64,000 bases of DNA from Pelagomonas calceolata (Eukaryota), in the NCBI GenBank assembly GCA_918797485.1, contig CAKKNE010000002.1:5456001-5520000 (forward strand), given 5' to 3'. The notes under the pieces are model-generated. The model was given only the letters and a program-made list of their open reading frames with translations, was not told the DNA's origin and ran no database searches. Each line of letters starts with the position of its first letter. The first letter of the stretch is position 1. This document shows, one piece after another, positions 9,548 to 20,595 of the stretch. Position numbers and translations under genes: made by a program.

Positions 9548-12500
9548 ATGAATCCGCAGCAGGGCGAGCAGCAGGGCAGCGAGCCCCCCCTGCAGATCCC
9601 TCCCGTGCGCCAGGGCTACGGCCGGCGGCCCGCGCACCGCTCGCCGCCGCCGCCCGTGCGCAAGCGCGCCGCGGCCTACATGGCGCCGGCGCGGGCGGCC
9701 CCCCGCGTGCGCCAGGACTCGCTCACCACGCTGCCGCCGCCGGCCGCGGCCGCGCCAGCGCCCGCAAAGGACGCCTGGGTCCGCTACGTGCACGTGAGCG
9801 GCGACGCGTACTGGCACAACGCCAGTACAGGCGAGTCGCGCTGGACGGCGCCCGAGGAGGCCGCGGCGCCGGCGCCGGCCGCGCCTGAGCCCGAGCCGGA
9901 GCCGCCGCGGTCGCCGAACAACAACCGCGTCGCGCCGAAGGTCGTCCCGGTGGCCCCGCCGACGCTGGCGCCGGCGCCGAGCGTCGCCGAGATCCGGGCC
10001 GCGTACCGGCGCGAGCAGGCGGCGCGGCGGCCGACCAAGCCCGTCGTGCCGCCGGCGCCGCCGTCGCCGGTGGCCTGGCCGGCGCCGTCGCCGCCGCCGA
10101 CGGCCGTGACGGCGTCGCCGCCGTCGCCCCCTTCATTAACCGCGGACCCGCCCACCGGCGCGCGCCTGTGTGGAGATCAAATTTCGGGCGCCCCACGCTG
10201 TCCCCGTGACCCCGTCGGCTCGATGGCGTGGAGGTTCACTGGTTGATTTCCAACACAGGCGCCACCTACCGGGCTTCTAGGTTCGCGGGCTGCTGCTGGG
10301 ACGCGCGCATCCGAAAGTGGCGCGCGAACATCCAAGTCAAGGGCTACCGCATCCCCCTCGGCGACTTCGACGACGAAGCCGACGCCGCGCGGGCCTACGA
10401 CGCGGCGCGGACGAAGTGGAAGGCGCTCATGAAGAGCGTCAAGGTGCCCCTCAACTTTCCCAATTCTGGCATAGACGAAAAGACGCTCGCCGCGCTGCCG
10501 CCGCTGCCCGCCTCATTACGATCGGAACTACCGCCGCCGCCGCGCCGCCAAGTCCCAAACGTCGTGTTGGCGGCGCGGCCGCCGCCGCGGCCGTCCCCGG
10601 AGAAGGGGGCCTTCCCCCGGGAGTTGTTCGCTCTAGTCGCCGATGATGTGGATGCGGCCCTGTCCAACAACTTAGTCGCGTGGTCGAGAGATGGGCAAAG
10701 GGTCGTGTTCTTGGAGCCCCAGGCCTTCGCCGAGAAGGTCTGCCCGCGCGTCTGGAACCACAACAAGTGGGCCTCGCTCACGAAGCAGCTGAACATCTAT
10801 GGGTTTCGGGCGTGCGGCGACGCGCGCAATGCAACGGAGCCGGCGTCGTACGAGCATGAATACTTCAAGAAGGGCCGTGCTGATTTATTGTCGAAGGTAA
10901 AGCGCCCGTCGCAAGACAAGCCCGCAGCAAAAAACCGGGGCAAGCGGCCCTTTTATGGGAATCAGTTCACGCGCGAGGTCGACAATACAGCAGTGTTGCC
11001 GGAGCTCGGTGCTCCGTTGGCTGATGCGCCGCACGAGGCCATCACGGAAAGCGTGTTTAGTGATAAGCCGGCGAGACTGGGCGGCACGCACCCGCCCCGT
11101 TCTGAGGACGATGACCCATCGTCCTTCAAGGCGTCGCGAGCCATAGGAGATGCCGCATGCGCGGCCGCGTTTCTGAAGCGAGGCTCTCGAGTGAAGTCGG
11201 CGGTCTCAGAGATCGCCGCCGAGCTAATTAGTGAAGATTGTAGTAGAAGGGAAGCCACTGGAAGGGTGCTGAGGTACTACTACGCCTCTTTTAAAGCCTC
11301 GGATAAGTATCCGGCGGCGAAGGCGGCCTCTCGCGACGAGTTCGAGGAGGAAGATTCGTCTTCAGGACGGGGCATGCGTTTACGGAGGCGTCGTGAACGG
11401 TCGGAGTCGCCGGAAGTAGCTCCTACGAGGGAGAAGCGGATTGATCCCGTCAACGAATTGCGGAGGGCGCTCAAGAACTGCCGGAGCATGCGCGAGTGTT
11501 TGGATCGATTAGATACGCGGACGTTGCGGGCCGTGCGCAACGCGGCGACGCATTTACTAGATGCTCGTTTGGATGACGCCCTGGCGAAGCCCGAGCCGCC
11601 TCCGAGAAAGCGCGCGCGCCCGCCTCCCGAGCCTAGAAGGCGTGCCGTGCAGCGCTACGAGCCGGAGACGCCGGAGCAGGCTTCTCGCGCTGCTTTCGAA
11701 GCTTTGCGGAGCAAGCTGCGAGATCGCGGCCAGGCGGGCCGCGACGTCCTCGCGGGCTGGACGGCGACGCGGGAGCGGAGCATGCGCCAGGACGGCACGT
11801 CGAACGGGTTCTTATATCAGTTCACGGATCCCGATGGAGAGGCTTTTATTTCATTGTCGGCCGCGGCGCGCGGCGCTTTACGACGATTGTCGAAGTCGGA
11901 CTCCGAGTCCGAGGAGGAGGAGGAGGAACCGCCCCAGAAGCATCGGTTACTAGGCGCGGAGTTCGACTACCACGTCGCTGGTTTAGGATGGTGCCGCGGC
12001 CGCGTGGCCAAGGTCGCGCGGGGCGGTCTACTGGAGATCCACTACAAGGACCTGCCGTACAACGCCGGCCGCCCCCAGGCCGCGCAGCGGCACCTCGCCG
12101 CGCGCGAGGTCGACGCCGCCGTGTCCAGCAGCAAGCCCAAGGGCGCGTCCTACTACGTCGCGCCGCAGCGCACGTTCGCGACCGGTAGAAGGGGCAGCCC
12201 GGGGCCCAAGCTCGAGAAGCCCGAGATCTATAAGTGCGGCGGCTGCGATCGAGGGTTCACGACGCTGAGCGGGCGGTCGAACCACTACCGCTACTGCGAG
12301 GCCGGAAGGGCCTTCGCGGCCGCCGAGGCGGCCGCGCGCGCGCTCGCGGCGTCGGACGACGACGTCGCCTCGTCGGCGTCGCCGACGCCGACGCCGCCGT
12401 CCTCGGACTCGCCACGCGCCGTTGGTACAACAAAGCGGTTCCCCTGCCCGGCCGGCTGCGACCGCTTCTTCACGCACGCGCCGGCGGCCGTCCAGCACGG

Positions 12501-12723
12501 GAAGACGTGCGCCGCGAAGCAGAAGGCCGCGCGGGAGAGGGCCTTCGCCCACGAGGCGTCTCCACCTCCCCCCTTCACGTCGCCGCCCGAGACGCCGCTC
12601 GCCGACGCCGAGGCCCGCGTCCTCTCGCTGGCCGAGGGCCCGCCCGACTCGCCCCGTTCTTCCGAACCGGTTCCTCCTCCGCTTCGCCAGCCGAGTTGGT
12701 GGCCTACTAATAGTGGTTCTTGA
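9548..12723 (+). CDS. Multidomain regulator WW-AP2-HSF-(MBD-like)-(Tudor-like)-2xC2HC Zn finger; exons 9548-10157 and 10259-12723
   Basis: WW: AWVRYVHVSGDAYWHNASTGESRWTAP. AP2: KWRANIQVKGYRIPLGDFDDEADAARAYDAA. HSF: AWSRDG..KWASLTKQLNIYGFR. A GC-AG intron joins the two ORFs in phase 1. Confidence 0.82.
10158..10258 (+). mobile_element. Introner-like GC-AG intron with terminal inverted repeats
   Basis: CTGTGTGGAGATCAA (from 10166) is inverted relative to TTGATTTCCAACACAG (to 10258). The 8 bp GCGCGCGC before the left TIR starts exactly at the GC donor and resembles GCGCCACC after the AG. Confidence 0.75.
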
Positions 12724-12755
12724 CTTCGTCTTCTCCTGTTTTTTATGGGAATTAC

Positions 12756-13496
12756 TCAGCGCGGCGCCGGCGCGAGCTCGAAGCTCCCGAAAAAACCACC
12801 GCCAAACCTCTCGGACCGCACAACCCTCAGCCCCGCCGCGCGCGCGAGCGCCTCGACGTCCTGGTCGTAGCGGCAGCCCTTGCCGCCGTACTTCGCCACG
12901 GCGCCGGCCGTCGCGTCGACGTACGCGCCGAGGAGCGCGTTGGACGGCCGCGCGTTCTCCAATAGCAAAATGCGGCCCGCGGGCTTGACGACGCGGCCGA
13001 GCTCGCGGAGCACCGCGACGGGCGCGTCGTAGACGCAGAGGCCGAACGTGTCCACGACGCAATCGTAGGCGCCCGTCGACAGCGGGAGCCGCGCCGCGTC
13101 GGCCTCGACGACCTCCGTTTTGAACGGAAGCGGCGCGTTCGATAGCTTGGCGCGGAGCCCGTCGAGCATGCCGCGCGACGCGTCGACGAAGGTCACCTCC
13201 GTGATGTCTCTATTGGCGGCGTAGAAGGGCGCTTGGAGGCCCGTGCCCGCGCCGACCTCGAGCACGCGGCCCGCGCACCGCGCCGCGAGGTTCCGGCGCG
13301 CGGCGGCGATGCCGAGCGCCTTGGCGGCCTGGCCGCCGTCGAGGTCGTCGTAGGAGCCCGCGTAGCGGTCGTAGTTTGCCGCGTCGTAGGCTACGGCTGC
13401 CGTCGGGACGGTGGTGATGGCGCCCAGCGCGGCGCGGCGCGTCGTCGGCCGAATCGCCGTTGCTGTTGTTAGTAGCAGCAGAGCTTTGCTGCGCAT
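12756..13496 (-). CDS. SAM-dependent methyltransferase (Methyltransf_11-type), probably plastid-targeted
   Basis: VLEVGAGTG, VDTFGLC, VKPAGRILLLE; signal peptide followed by an RR motif. Confidence 0.85.
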   Translation of the reverse strand: MRSKALLLLTTATAIRPTTRRAALGAITTVPTAAVAYDAANYDRYAGSYDDLDGGQAAKALGIAAARRNLAARCAGRVLEVGAGTGLQAPFYAANRDITEVTFVDASRGMLDGLRAKLSNAPLPFKTEVVEADAARLPLSTGAYDCVVDTFGLCVYDAPVAVLRELGRVVKPAGRILLLENARPSNALLGAYVDATAGAVAKYGGKGCRYDQDVEALARAAGLRVVRSERFGGGFFGSFELAPAPR

Positions 13497-13717
13497 TTTG
13501 TCCTTTTGCTGTGCGTGCTAGTTGCTGTGCACCACTGCTCTCTGGTGCTGTTGCACTCTTTGCACTCTCTGTGTGCACCACTGCTCTCTGGTGCTACGCT
13601 AGCTGCACTGCTGGGTTACACTGTTGCGCTACTGCGTCGCTGACTAAGAAATTGATCGCTCGCGGTCCCGCGTTGCACCCTGTTTTGCTCACCTGCGCAA
13701 AAACGCCGGAGTGCGTT

Positions 13718-13741
13718 GCTAGCGACCTGTAACACACTAGC
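13718..13741. promoter_or_regulatory. CTAG-flanked upstream element, copy 4
   Basis: GCTAGCGACCTGTAACACACTAGC in a divergent promoter. Confidence 0.7.
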
Positions 13742-13894
13742 GCAGCGCAAGTTTTTGGGCTAAAAAAAAAGGCTGCCAACTAACCGATACTGATCGTTAC
13801 CACGCTCAGAACGAGACATCGATCCAGTGCGCCAGTGCCAGGATCGCTGCGATACGTACGCCGTCGTGCAGCCGGCAGCCAAGCCAGCCATCCG

Positions 13895-14550
13895 ATGGCC
13901 CAGCAGGTCGCGCGGACCCTCCGCCGGCTAGGGACGCCCGAAGCGCTGACGGGCGCCGTCGTCCACGGCTTCGGACGAGGCAGCGCGCAGCTCGGCTTTC
14001 CGACGGCGAACTTGGAAATCGACTGGACCGACGGCGCGAAAACGCCGGCCGCGGCCCGTATTCGGACCTTCGTGGACACGCACGACACGGGCATTTATGC
14101 GGCGTGGGCCCAAGTCGCGGACGGCCCTGATAGTGGCGTCTACAAGGCGGCCGTGAGCGTGGGCTGGAACCCGTGCGCCGGCGGTGTCCCGTCACTCGCG
14201 TCGGGGCGATGGCGTTTGGGGCCACGCGTACGCCGTCGACGCGCCGCTCGCATGCACGTCCGTCGCTTTCGACCCTTCGCGCGGCGTACGCCGTCGACGC
14301 GCCGCTCGGACGCAGGCACTTCGGCGACCTCGAGCGCAAGACGGTCGAGGCGTGGCTGCTGCACGACTTCGCGGCGGACTTTTATGGAAGGACCCTGCGT
14401 TTACTAATCGTGGGCTACGTGCGGCCCGAGCTCAAGTTCGACTCGCTTGATGGTTTGGTTGCCGCTATTCGTGCGGATGGTGATTTCGTTGAAAGAGAAC
14501 TCGGCGACGCGCCCGAGGATGATGGCGGGTTCTTCGTCGCGCCTGCGTAA
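13895..14550 (+). CDS. Riboflavin kinase; exons 13895-14172 and 14316-14550
   Basis: VVHGFGRGSAQLGFPTAN, spliced SVGWNP|HFGD, FYGRTL..YVRPE; GT-AG intron at 14173-14315 restores the frame. Confidence 0.92.
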
Positions 14551-14589
14551 TAGATGTTGTATATGGACGGGTAGTAGACAAAAACACAC

Positions 14590-15438
14590 TTACGGGGACG
14601 ACTCCCGCTGCTTCTTCGCCGCCCGCCGCGCCTTGTCCGCGTCGATGGCGTCGCGGCGGCTGTTCCGATAGGCCCGGGGCAGCTCGACGAGGTCCGTGGC
14701 CGGCGCGGCGAGCCCGAGCACCGTCGCCGGGCGCGCGGCGTCGAAGGCGCGCGCGCACTCGCCCGCGAGGCGCGTGTAGCCGCCGCCCGCCAAAACGAGC
14801 GTCCGCGCGCGGCACATGTACGTCATGTCCGCGTCCGGTTCGCCGTCCGCCCGCTCGCGCACCTCGAAGCCCCGGGACCGTAACAACTGAATCGCCGCGG
14901 CGACGTAGGCCCTACTCCGCTCCGGCGGCGTTCTATGAGCATCCTTGCAGCCCGCGTGCTGCGTGGCGTAGATCAGCGTAATTACTGAACGCGGTTTGAG
15001 GCGCGCCGCGACGGCCTCGAAGAAGGGTCTTTGTAAAACGTACTTCGCGTTGCGCGCGCACGGCCGCTCGAACGCGTCGTCGCAATCCACAGTATCGCCC
15101 AGTCTCAAATGCCAGACGACCTCGTCGGCCGCCGGCGGCGCTTCCGGTGTGCGCGCGAGGCGCCTCCTAACGGCCGCGAGGAAGGCGTCCAGGTCTGATA
15201 GATGAGTCCGCTTGTGCGAGTAGTCGCACGCGAGGCTCCGGGGCCAGAAGCACGCATTATATGAAGACAGCGTGTGCGCGTAGACGTCGGAGAGGCGGTA
15301 GAAGCCCCAGCTCGCGTTGTCGCGCATGCCGACGCCCTCGACGCAAGGCTCGCAGGGGCAGGCCGCCGCGTCCCCGCCGACGACGACGCAGGGCATGCTG
15401 ACGAGGGCGAGGGCCAGGAGGGCTGTGCGCCTCCCCAT
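14590..15438 (-). CDS. Secreted protein, possible GT-B fucosyltransferase-like
   Basis: Signal peptide; WHLRLGD motif; PDADMTYM..GGGYT. Confidence 0.55.
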   Translation of the reverse strand: MGRRTALLALALVSMPCVVVGGDAAACPCEPCVEGVGMRDNASWGFYRLSDVYAHTLSSYNACFWPRSLACDYSHKRTHLSDLDAFLAAVRRRLARTPEAPPAADEVVWHLRLGDTVDCDDAFERPCARNAKYVLQRPFFEAVAARLKPRSVITLIYATQHAGCKDAHRTPPERSRAYVAAAIQLLRSRGFEVRERADGEPDADMTYMCRARTLVLAGGGYTRLAGECARAFDAARPATVLGLAAPATDLVELPRAYRNSRRDAIDADKARRAAKKQRESSP

Positions 15439-15567
15439 GTCTTGTGCTGCGCGCTGCCCGCGGCGCAGGCGTCGGTCAGGAGCCTAGATTGATGTCATGC
15501 GACCGCTTTGGGCTGCCCTGCCTCCCACGACGCCGTGCGAAGCAGCGTGCGCAAAAATTGATAGCTT

Positions 15568-15590
15568 GCTAGTGTCTTACTGCCGCTAGC
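15568..15590. promoter_or_regulatory. CTAG-flanked upstream element, copy 5
   Basis: GCTAGTGTCTTACTGCCGCTAGC. Confidence 0.7.
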
Positions 15591-15675
15591 CGCGCTGGAT
15601 TTCCTAGCGCGGGAGCCCACTCGTCCTAGAGGTGTGTGTTTGGATATTTTAAACACAATATAAATTAAGTACAGT

Positions 15676-16434
15676 CTACGGGGAACCACCATTGTGGATG
15701 AAGTCGTCTTCGAGGCCGTCAAACGCTGCCATGAGCTCAAGAACGTGGACGTGGGGAGTCTCCCAATCATTAAACTCACTCTCTTCCCAAACATAAATCC
15801 TTTGTCGTAATTCATCAAGGAAATAGGTCAGCTTGTTAAACTCATCCATCCACCTCGACCATTTGAGCTTCACTGCGCTGCTTGCCGTGTTTTGCTTATT
15901 TGCCGCACGTCCGCAATAGAATATATCTAATCGCAGATCGGGGTACATCTTCCTGAAAATGCGCGCAAAATCTTTGCACACCGGCCACCACGCGACAGAG
16001 CTTTGTACATCCTCGTAAAGCTTTTTCGCACAAACGTCCCCGTCACGTATCAAATCTAGGGCAAAAGACAGATGCTCATCACCGTCCTCATTTTCCTCGT
16101 CATCTTCGATTTCTTCAAGCAAATCGAACACCTCCCGTTGCATTTCCCTCACGTTTTCGAGGAAGCGCTGGGCGATGCCGTCTTGTTTCAAGACGAGGAA
16201 GCTGAGCACGTTTTGTAGCATATCCTCCGGCAGCCGCGAGAGCGCTCCCGTGGAGGCGCTCGGCTCCGCCAGACCGAGGGCCACGGCCTTCCCGCGCTTG
16301 AACTCGTCGTCGTCGACGACGCCGTCGTCGTGCAAGCGCTTCAATTTCCGCAGCGCGTCCTCGTCAATGGGGTAGGGACCCACCAGCGCGGAAGCGCTGG
16401 GCATGCCGGCGGCCGGCGGTCTCGTGTCGGCCAT
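15676..16434 (-). CDS. SHOCT + F-box-like protein
   Basis: LRKLKRLHDDGVVDDDEFKRGKAVAL (SHOCT); LSRLPEDMLQNVLSFL (F-box-like); AT-richer C-terminal half. Confidence 0.65.
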   Translation of the reverse strand: MADTRPPAAGMPSASALVGPYPIDEDALRKLKRLHDDGVVDDDEFKRGKAVALGLAEPSASTGALSRLPEDMLQNVLSFLVLKQDGIAQRFLENVREMQREVFDLLEEIEDDEENEDGDEHLSFALDLIRDGDVCAKKLYEDVQSSVAWWPVCKDFARIFRKMYPDLRLDIFYCGRAANKQNTASSAVKLKWSRWMDEFNKLTYFLDELRQRIYVWEESEFNDWETPHVHVLELMAAFDGLEDDFIHNGGSP

Positions 16435-16597
16435 TTTTTTTGCAGCAGGGAGAGCACTGGTGTGTTTGAAGCTCAGCAATTTATTGCGCCGGTATCAATG
16501 GTTCCTATTGCTGTCGGAGGCCCTCGTGATCGCCTCCCCTTGCGCAAACGCTACCACTACTGCTCGGCACACGCGTGGTCAACCCTCGACCCAGCTT

Positions 16598-16620
16598 GCT
16601 AGTGTGTTACGGCCGCTAGC
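16598..16620. promoter_or_regulatory. CTAG-flanked upstream element, copy 6
   Basis: GCTAGTGTGTTACGGCCGCTAGC. Confidence 0.7.
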
Positions 16621-16772
16621 GCTAGCCGTGGATCGGTCAGCGGTCACTCACGTATCGCATAACTCCGCATTGCGCTGCGTGCATCGCTGCGAAGCGCTCG
16701 CGCATCGCTGCTTGTGAAAAAACTTGCTACGTGCGGGTCTGGGCGCTCCTTCGAAGAACAAACAATCATCAA

Positions 16773-17980
16773 TTACACCTCCGAGTCCGTATGGAGCTCG
16801 TTCCACTCCTTCCGGTACTCCGCCATGGCCGACAGCGACTCCTCGGCCGGGCGGTACGTCGCGGACCGGACCGAGACGGCGACGGCGACGTCCTTGGCCG
16901 TCACGAGCGAGTACGCGTTGTCGAAGACCAGGAGCAGAGTCGTATGGTCTTTGGCGGTCCAGGCGCCGCCGAACTTGGAGCCCGCGGCGAACGTGGCCGA
17001 CGGCAGCAGCCCGACCTCGACGGCGCCGCCGCTCGCCATGCGCCGCTCGCTCACCGAGAACCGCACGTCATGCGCGCGGACGCAGAACTCCCAGCGTAGG
17101 ACGTCGTTCCCCTGCACGACGTAGGGCAGCTTGACGACGGCGCGCGGCCCCACGCGCACGCGGTCGCCGGCGACGGAGTTCCAGTCCCCAGCGTCGCCGA
17201 GCCGCGTCGCGAGCGAGTTCACGACGCGCGGAATCACTCGCTTATCGATGACGTCCGAGGCGCCGCGGAGCACCGAGTCGGACGCGAGGGCCGCGCCCGA
17301 CAGCGCGGCGAGCGCGGCCACGTCGGGACCTGCGTGGTTTTTTGGTCGTTGTCTTTGTTGACCTTCGCGGCGAACGATTGGTCTCTCGCACCACGTACTG
17401 ATGGTAGAGCCTCCTCTGACGCGTTGCTCTCCACGCCATCGACGAGACGCCGTCAAGAGTGTTTGACCACCAGCACGCCATCGCCGCGAAATGGAATCGG
17501 ACGCCGACCGGGACCCGCCACCGCGCCGGCCAGGATCGTCGCGCCCGCCGCGGCCACGCCCCGGAGCTGCGCCCCCGCGATGCCGTCACGTTTTTCCGCG
17601 GGTGCTTCGGGCGGCTTTCGGCGGCGCGGCGGTCGCGGCGGCGGCGGGCGCGCCTCGGCGGCGGCGCGGCGCCGCCGCCAGTCGTCGCGGAAGGCGACGG
17701 CCTTCTGGAGCGCGTCCTCGCGGTGCCGCGCGGCCGCGTCGTGCGACGCTTGTACGTTGTGCAGGAGGGCGCGCGACGGCTGTGACGGTGGCTCGTCTGG
17801 CTGCTTTTCTGCGGGCGACGGCTCGTCGACGCGCTGTTCTCGTGCTCGGTCCTGATCTGCCTCCTCGAGTGCTTGCGCTATGGTTCGGTCTAGGAGCGCT
17901 TCCGTGCCGGCTAACGCGGCTCCGAGGAGTTCGACTTCGTCTTCGACCGCGGCATCGGCAGCGTTCGTGAGGGCCGCCAT
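16773..17980 (-). CDS. GOLD-domain protein; exons 17980-17515 and 17329-16773
   Basis: LRWEFCVRAHDVRFSV..LLLVFDNAYS GOLD motif; GT-AG intron at 17514-17330 joins the ORFs (AVAG|PDVAAL). Confidence 0.75.
17330..17514 (-). mobile_element. Introner-like intron (185 bp) with a duplicated junction sequence
   Basis: The intron begins GTCCCGGT and exon 2 begins GTCCCGAC. Internal TTCGCGGCGA..TCGCCGCGAA inverted repeat; two CGATGGCGTG motifs. Confidence 0.65.
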
Positions 17981-18433
17981 GTTGGCGCACCGAGGGCAGC
18001 CCCCAAAACGTCGCGATGGTGGTCGGGGTGTCGTTTTCGTGCAAGGGGGGGTGAGCACGCGTCTCCGGAGCAAAAAAAACGGGACGCTTCGAGTCAATCG
18101 CCTTAACCACTCGAGTGTGCACCGAATCATCGGTGTGCCACAGTATCTAATCGGTTGAACGATACTGACAGGACTCGAACCTAGGTGCTACTCTTCGGTG
18201 AGAAGGAGTAAGCGCATCTGACGATAATTGATCTCCGGCGTCCCAGTTCTGGGAGATATCGGTAAATCTTTCGGTTATATTTTGTTTGTAAAAAAAACCC
18301 TTTTTTTGAGATTTGCCCGTCTGTGGGCGCGCCAAGGCACCAAAAACTGCCGCCGGAGCTCTTCTGCACGCAACGACGCAGCACAAACGACCCCGCCCAA
18401 AACGAGCACCCGTAAAGGCCCTCCCAGAGCCCA

Positions 18434-19180
18434 ATGCCCACCAGCCCCTCCAGCACTGCCCGCAGCGCCGCGTCGCCGTCCGCGGCCGCCAAACCGCAGC
18501 GAAACGGGCCCACAGCAGCGCGCATCTCCCTGCTAGCGGTACCGCTCCTGGCCATCGCGCTCTCGCGCCGACGCGGACCGCGCGTCTTCACGAAAGCCGA
18601 GCTCGCCCAATACGTGGACATCAAACACGGCTTAAAAGTAGCGATCTGCGGCCAGGTCTTCGACGTCACGAAGGGCGCCGAGTTCTACGCCAAGGGCGCG
18701 GGCTACGGCTTCTTCGCGGGCCGCGACGCGTCGCTGGCGTTCGCGACCGGCAACTTCAAGACGAATTTGACGGACAACGTCAGCTCGCTGGCCGACGCGC
18801 AGCTCCTCGACCTCCAGAACTGGGTCAACGACACGTACCACAAGAAGTACGTCCACGAGGGCGTCGTCGCGGGCTACTTCTACGACGCGAAGGGCCAACC
18901 GACGGAAGCCCACAAAGACTTCGACGAACGCGTCGAAAAAGCAAGGGAGGCCGCCGCGCGGCAGGCGCTCGACGTCGAGAAGTACCCGGACTGCGCGTCG
19001 CGGCGGACGCAGACGGAGCGTTCGGTCTCGTGCAAGAAGGGCCGCGTGCCGATACGCCGTCGAACAGAAACCGGCACCGAACGATGCGCCTGCGTCCTGG
19101 AACGCGACGAGGGGCTCGGCGCCAAGTACGAGAATTGCACCGTGAGCGAGGGCGGGCGGACGTCGTGCGCGCTCGGGTAG
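18434..19180 (+). CDS. Cytochrome b5-like heme/steroid-binding protein (neuferricin/MAPR family)
   Basis: AICGQVFDVTKGAEFYAKGAGYGFFAGRDASLAFATG; Cys-containing C-terminus. Confidence 0.88.
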   Translation: MPTSPSSTARSAASPSAAAKPQRNGPTAARISLLAVPLLAIALSRRRGPRVFTKAELAQYVDIKHGLKVAICGQVFDVTKGAEFYAKGAGYGFFAGRDASLAFATGNFKTNLTDNVSSLADAQLLDLQNWVNDTYHKKYVHEGVVAGYFYDAKGQPTEAHKDFDERVEKAREAAARQALDVEKYPDCASRRTQTERSVSCKKGRVPIRRRTETGTERCACVLERDEGLGAKYENCTVSEGGRTSCALG

Positions 19181-19405
19181 CAGAGGGGCCGCTCGACGGC
19201 GTATCTGCTCGGACGCAGCGCTGGAGGACGCGCTTCGTGTCATTTTCGCGGCGATGGCGTCATCTGAACTGTTCCGTCGCGGAGGCAGCGCTGCCAGGAC
19301 GTGTGAGTCTTTCGCGCCGATGCCGCGGACCTGTCGCGGAGAACGCGCGGACGTCTGAATCTTCGGGGCAGTGTGTTGTTGTAAAGCGATGTTTCTGTAA
19401 GGAAA

Positions 19406-20595
19406 TTAGTAACTCTCCCGCACGCCACCAACAGGCTCGTGCATCGCCTGCTGCCCCTCGTGGAACCACCCCGCCAGCGCGAACCGCGGCGCGTCGCCCT
19501 CGACCTGCGGAGGGGTGCACGTCGCGGCGATGGCGTATATACGGGGTAGAAGGAAAAAACAAACGGGCGCGGGAGACGAACGGCCAAGACCTCGTGCGGC
19601 ACGGCCACCGAGTCGTACATCACGAGCCGCCCCGCGAGCGGCGCGACGTCGCGCGACTCGTACTCGCCCTGGATCGGCGGGTCGGGGTTGAGCGGCGTCC
19701 GCAGCTCCTCGAGCCGCTGGAACCGCTTCGCGAGCGACGCGTCGAGGAAGAGCGACTGGAGCACGAAGTCCGCGTTCACGTAGAGCGTCGGCGACGCGTG
19801 GAACGGCCGCGACACGACGGCGTCGCCGACGCGCAGCGCGCAGTTGCCCTCCTTGTCGTGGAGCCGCGACGCCAGGAACACGGGCCGTTCCACGGGGTCG
19901 GCCGCGGAGGCCCGGAGCCAGCCGACCTGCAGGTCGCCGTCGGCCGTGGCGCCCACCTGAGCGTCGCCCGCGATCGGCCGCCGCCGCTCGTACGCGCGGA
20001 GCCGCCCGCCGGCCACGTCCCGCTCGTTCAAATAAACGAGCCAGGTGACGCTCCGGCGCGTCGGCGCGCGCCAGCCCTCCGTGCCCTTGGTCTCCTCGTG
20101 GTGCTCGTCGACGTGCCGCGCGAGCGACGCGCCGGGCGCGAAGCGCGTGTACGAGAACTCGTGGCGCGCCGGCGGCGTCCTTTGTAGATCTGCGCGGCCG
20201 AGGCGCGCCGCGCAGGCGTCCCTTACTTTATCCATCGTCGCGGCGACGCGGCTCCGCGCGGTGCCTCTACCTACCCCGAAGTCGCGCCACACGCTCCCGC
20301 GCAGGACGAAGCGCTCGTTCCTCCGCTTGAGCTTCGTGTCGCGCGTCGGCGCCTGCGTTGTTGCGAGGGTCGCGGCGATAGGCGTGTACGGACGCTGGCC
20401 ACAAACGGAGTACAAGCCGGCGTCCCACAGCTCCTCGGCGTCGCCCCGCAGCGCGGCGACGACGTCGCGCGCCAGGAAGTTGTCGACGACCGCGACGTTG
20501 CCGCGCGCGACGCTCTGAAACGCGTCGGCGGGCACCGATTCGAGCGCGGCCGTCGCGCAGATGAGTGCGCACGCGAGTGCGGCGTGCAGCTTCAT
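19406..20595 (-). CDS. 2OG-Fe(II) oxygenase (prolyl-hydroxylase-like); exons 20595-19582 and 19504-19406
   Basis: HVD facial triad, TWLVYLN, spliced PHEVLA|VEGDAPRFALAGWFHE; 77-bp GT-AG intron at 19581-19505. Confidence 0.85.

Noticed and set aside
18161..18260. B-box-like GGTTCGAGTCC on the minus strand suggesting a tRNA
   Set aside because: I could not build an A box, D arm or cloverleaf; at most a decayed tRNA/SINE relic. tRNAscan-SE would settle it.
18313..20187. Long overlapping or antisense ORFs (e.g. 624 aa here, 43063-44919, 22036-23493, 56866-58418)
   Set aside because: Arg/Ala/Pro-rich shadow frames are expected at high GC and overlap better-supported genes.
19406..20595. 2OG-Fe(II) oxygenase as a TET/JBP partner for the aGPT-Pplase-like genes
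   Set aside because: It has a signal peptide and prolyl-hydroxylase-type motifs rather than TET/JBP features.
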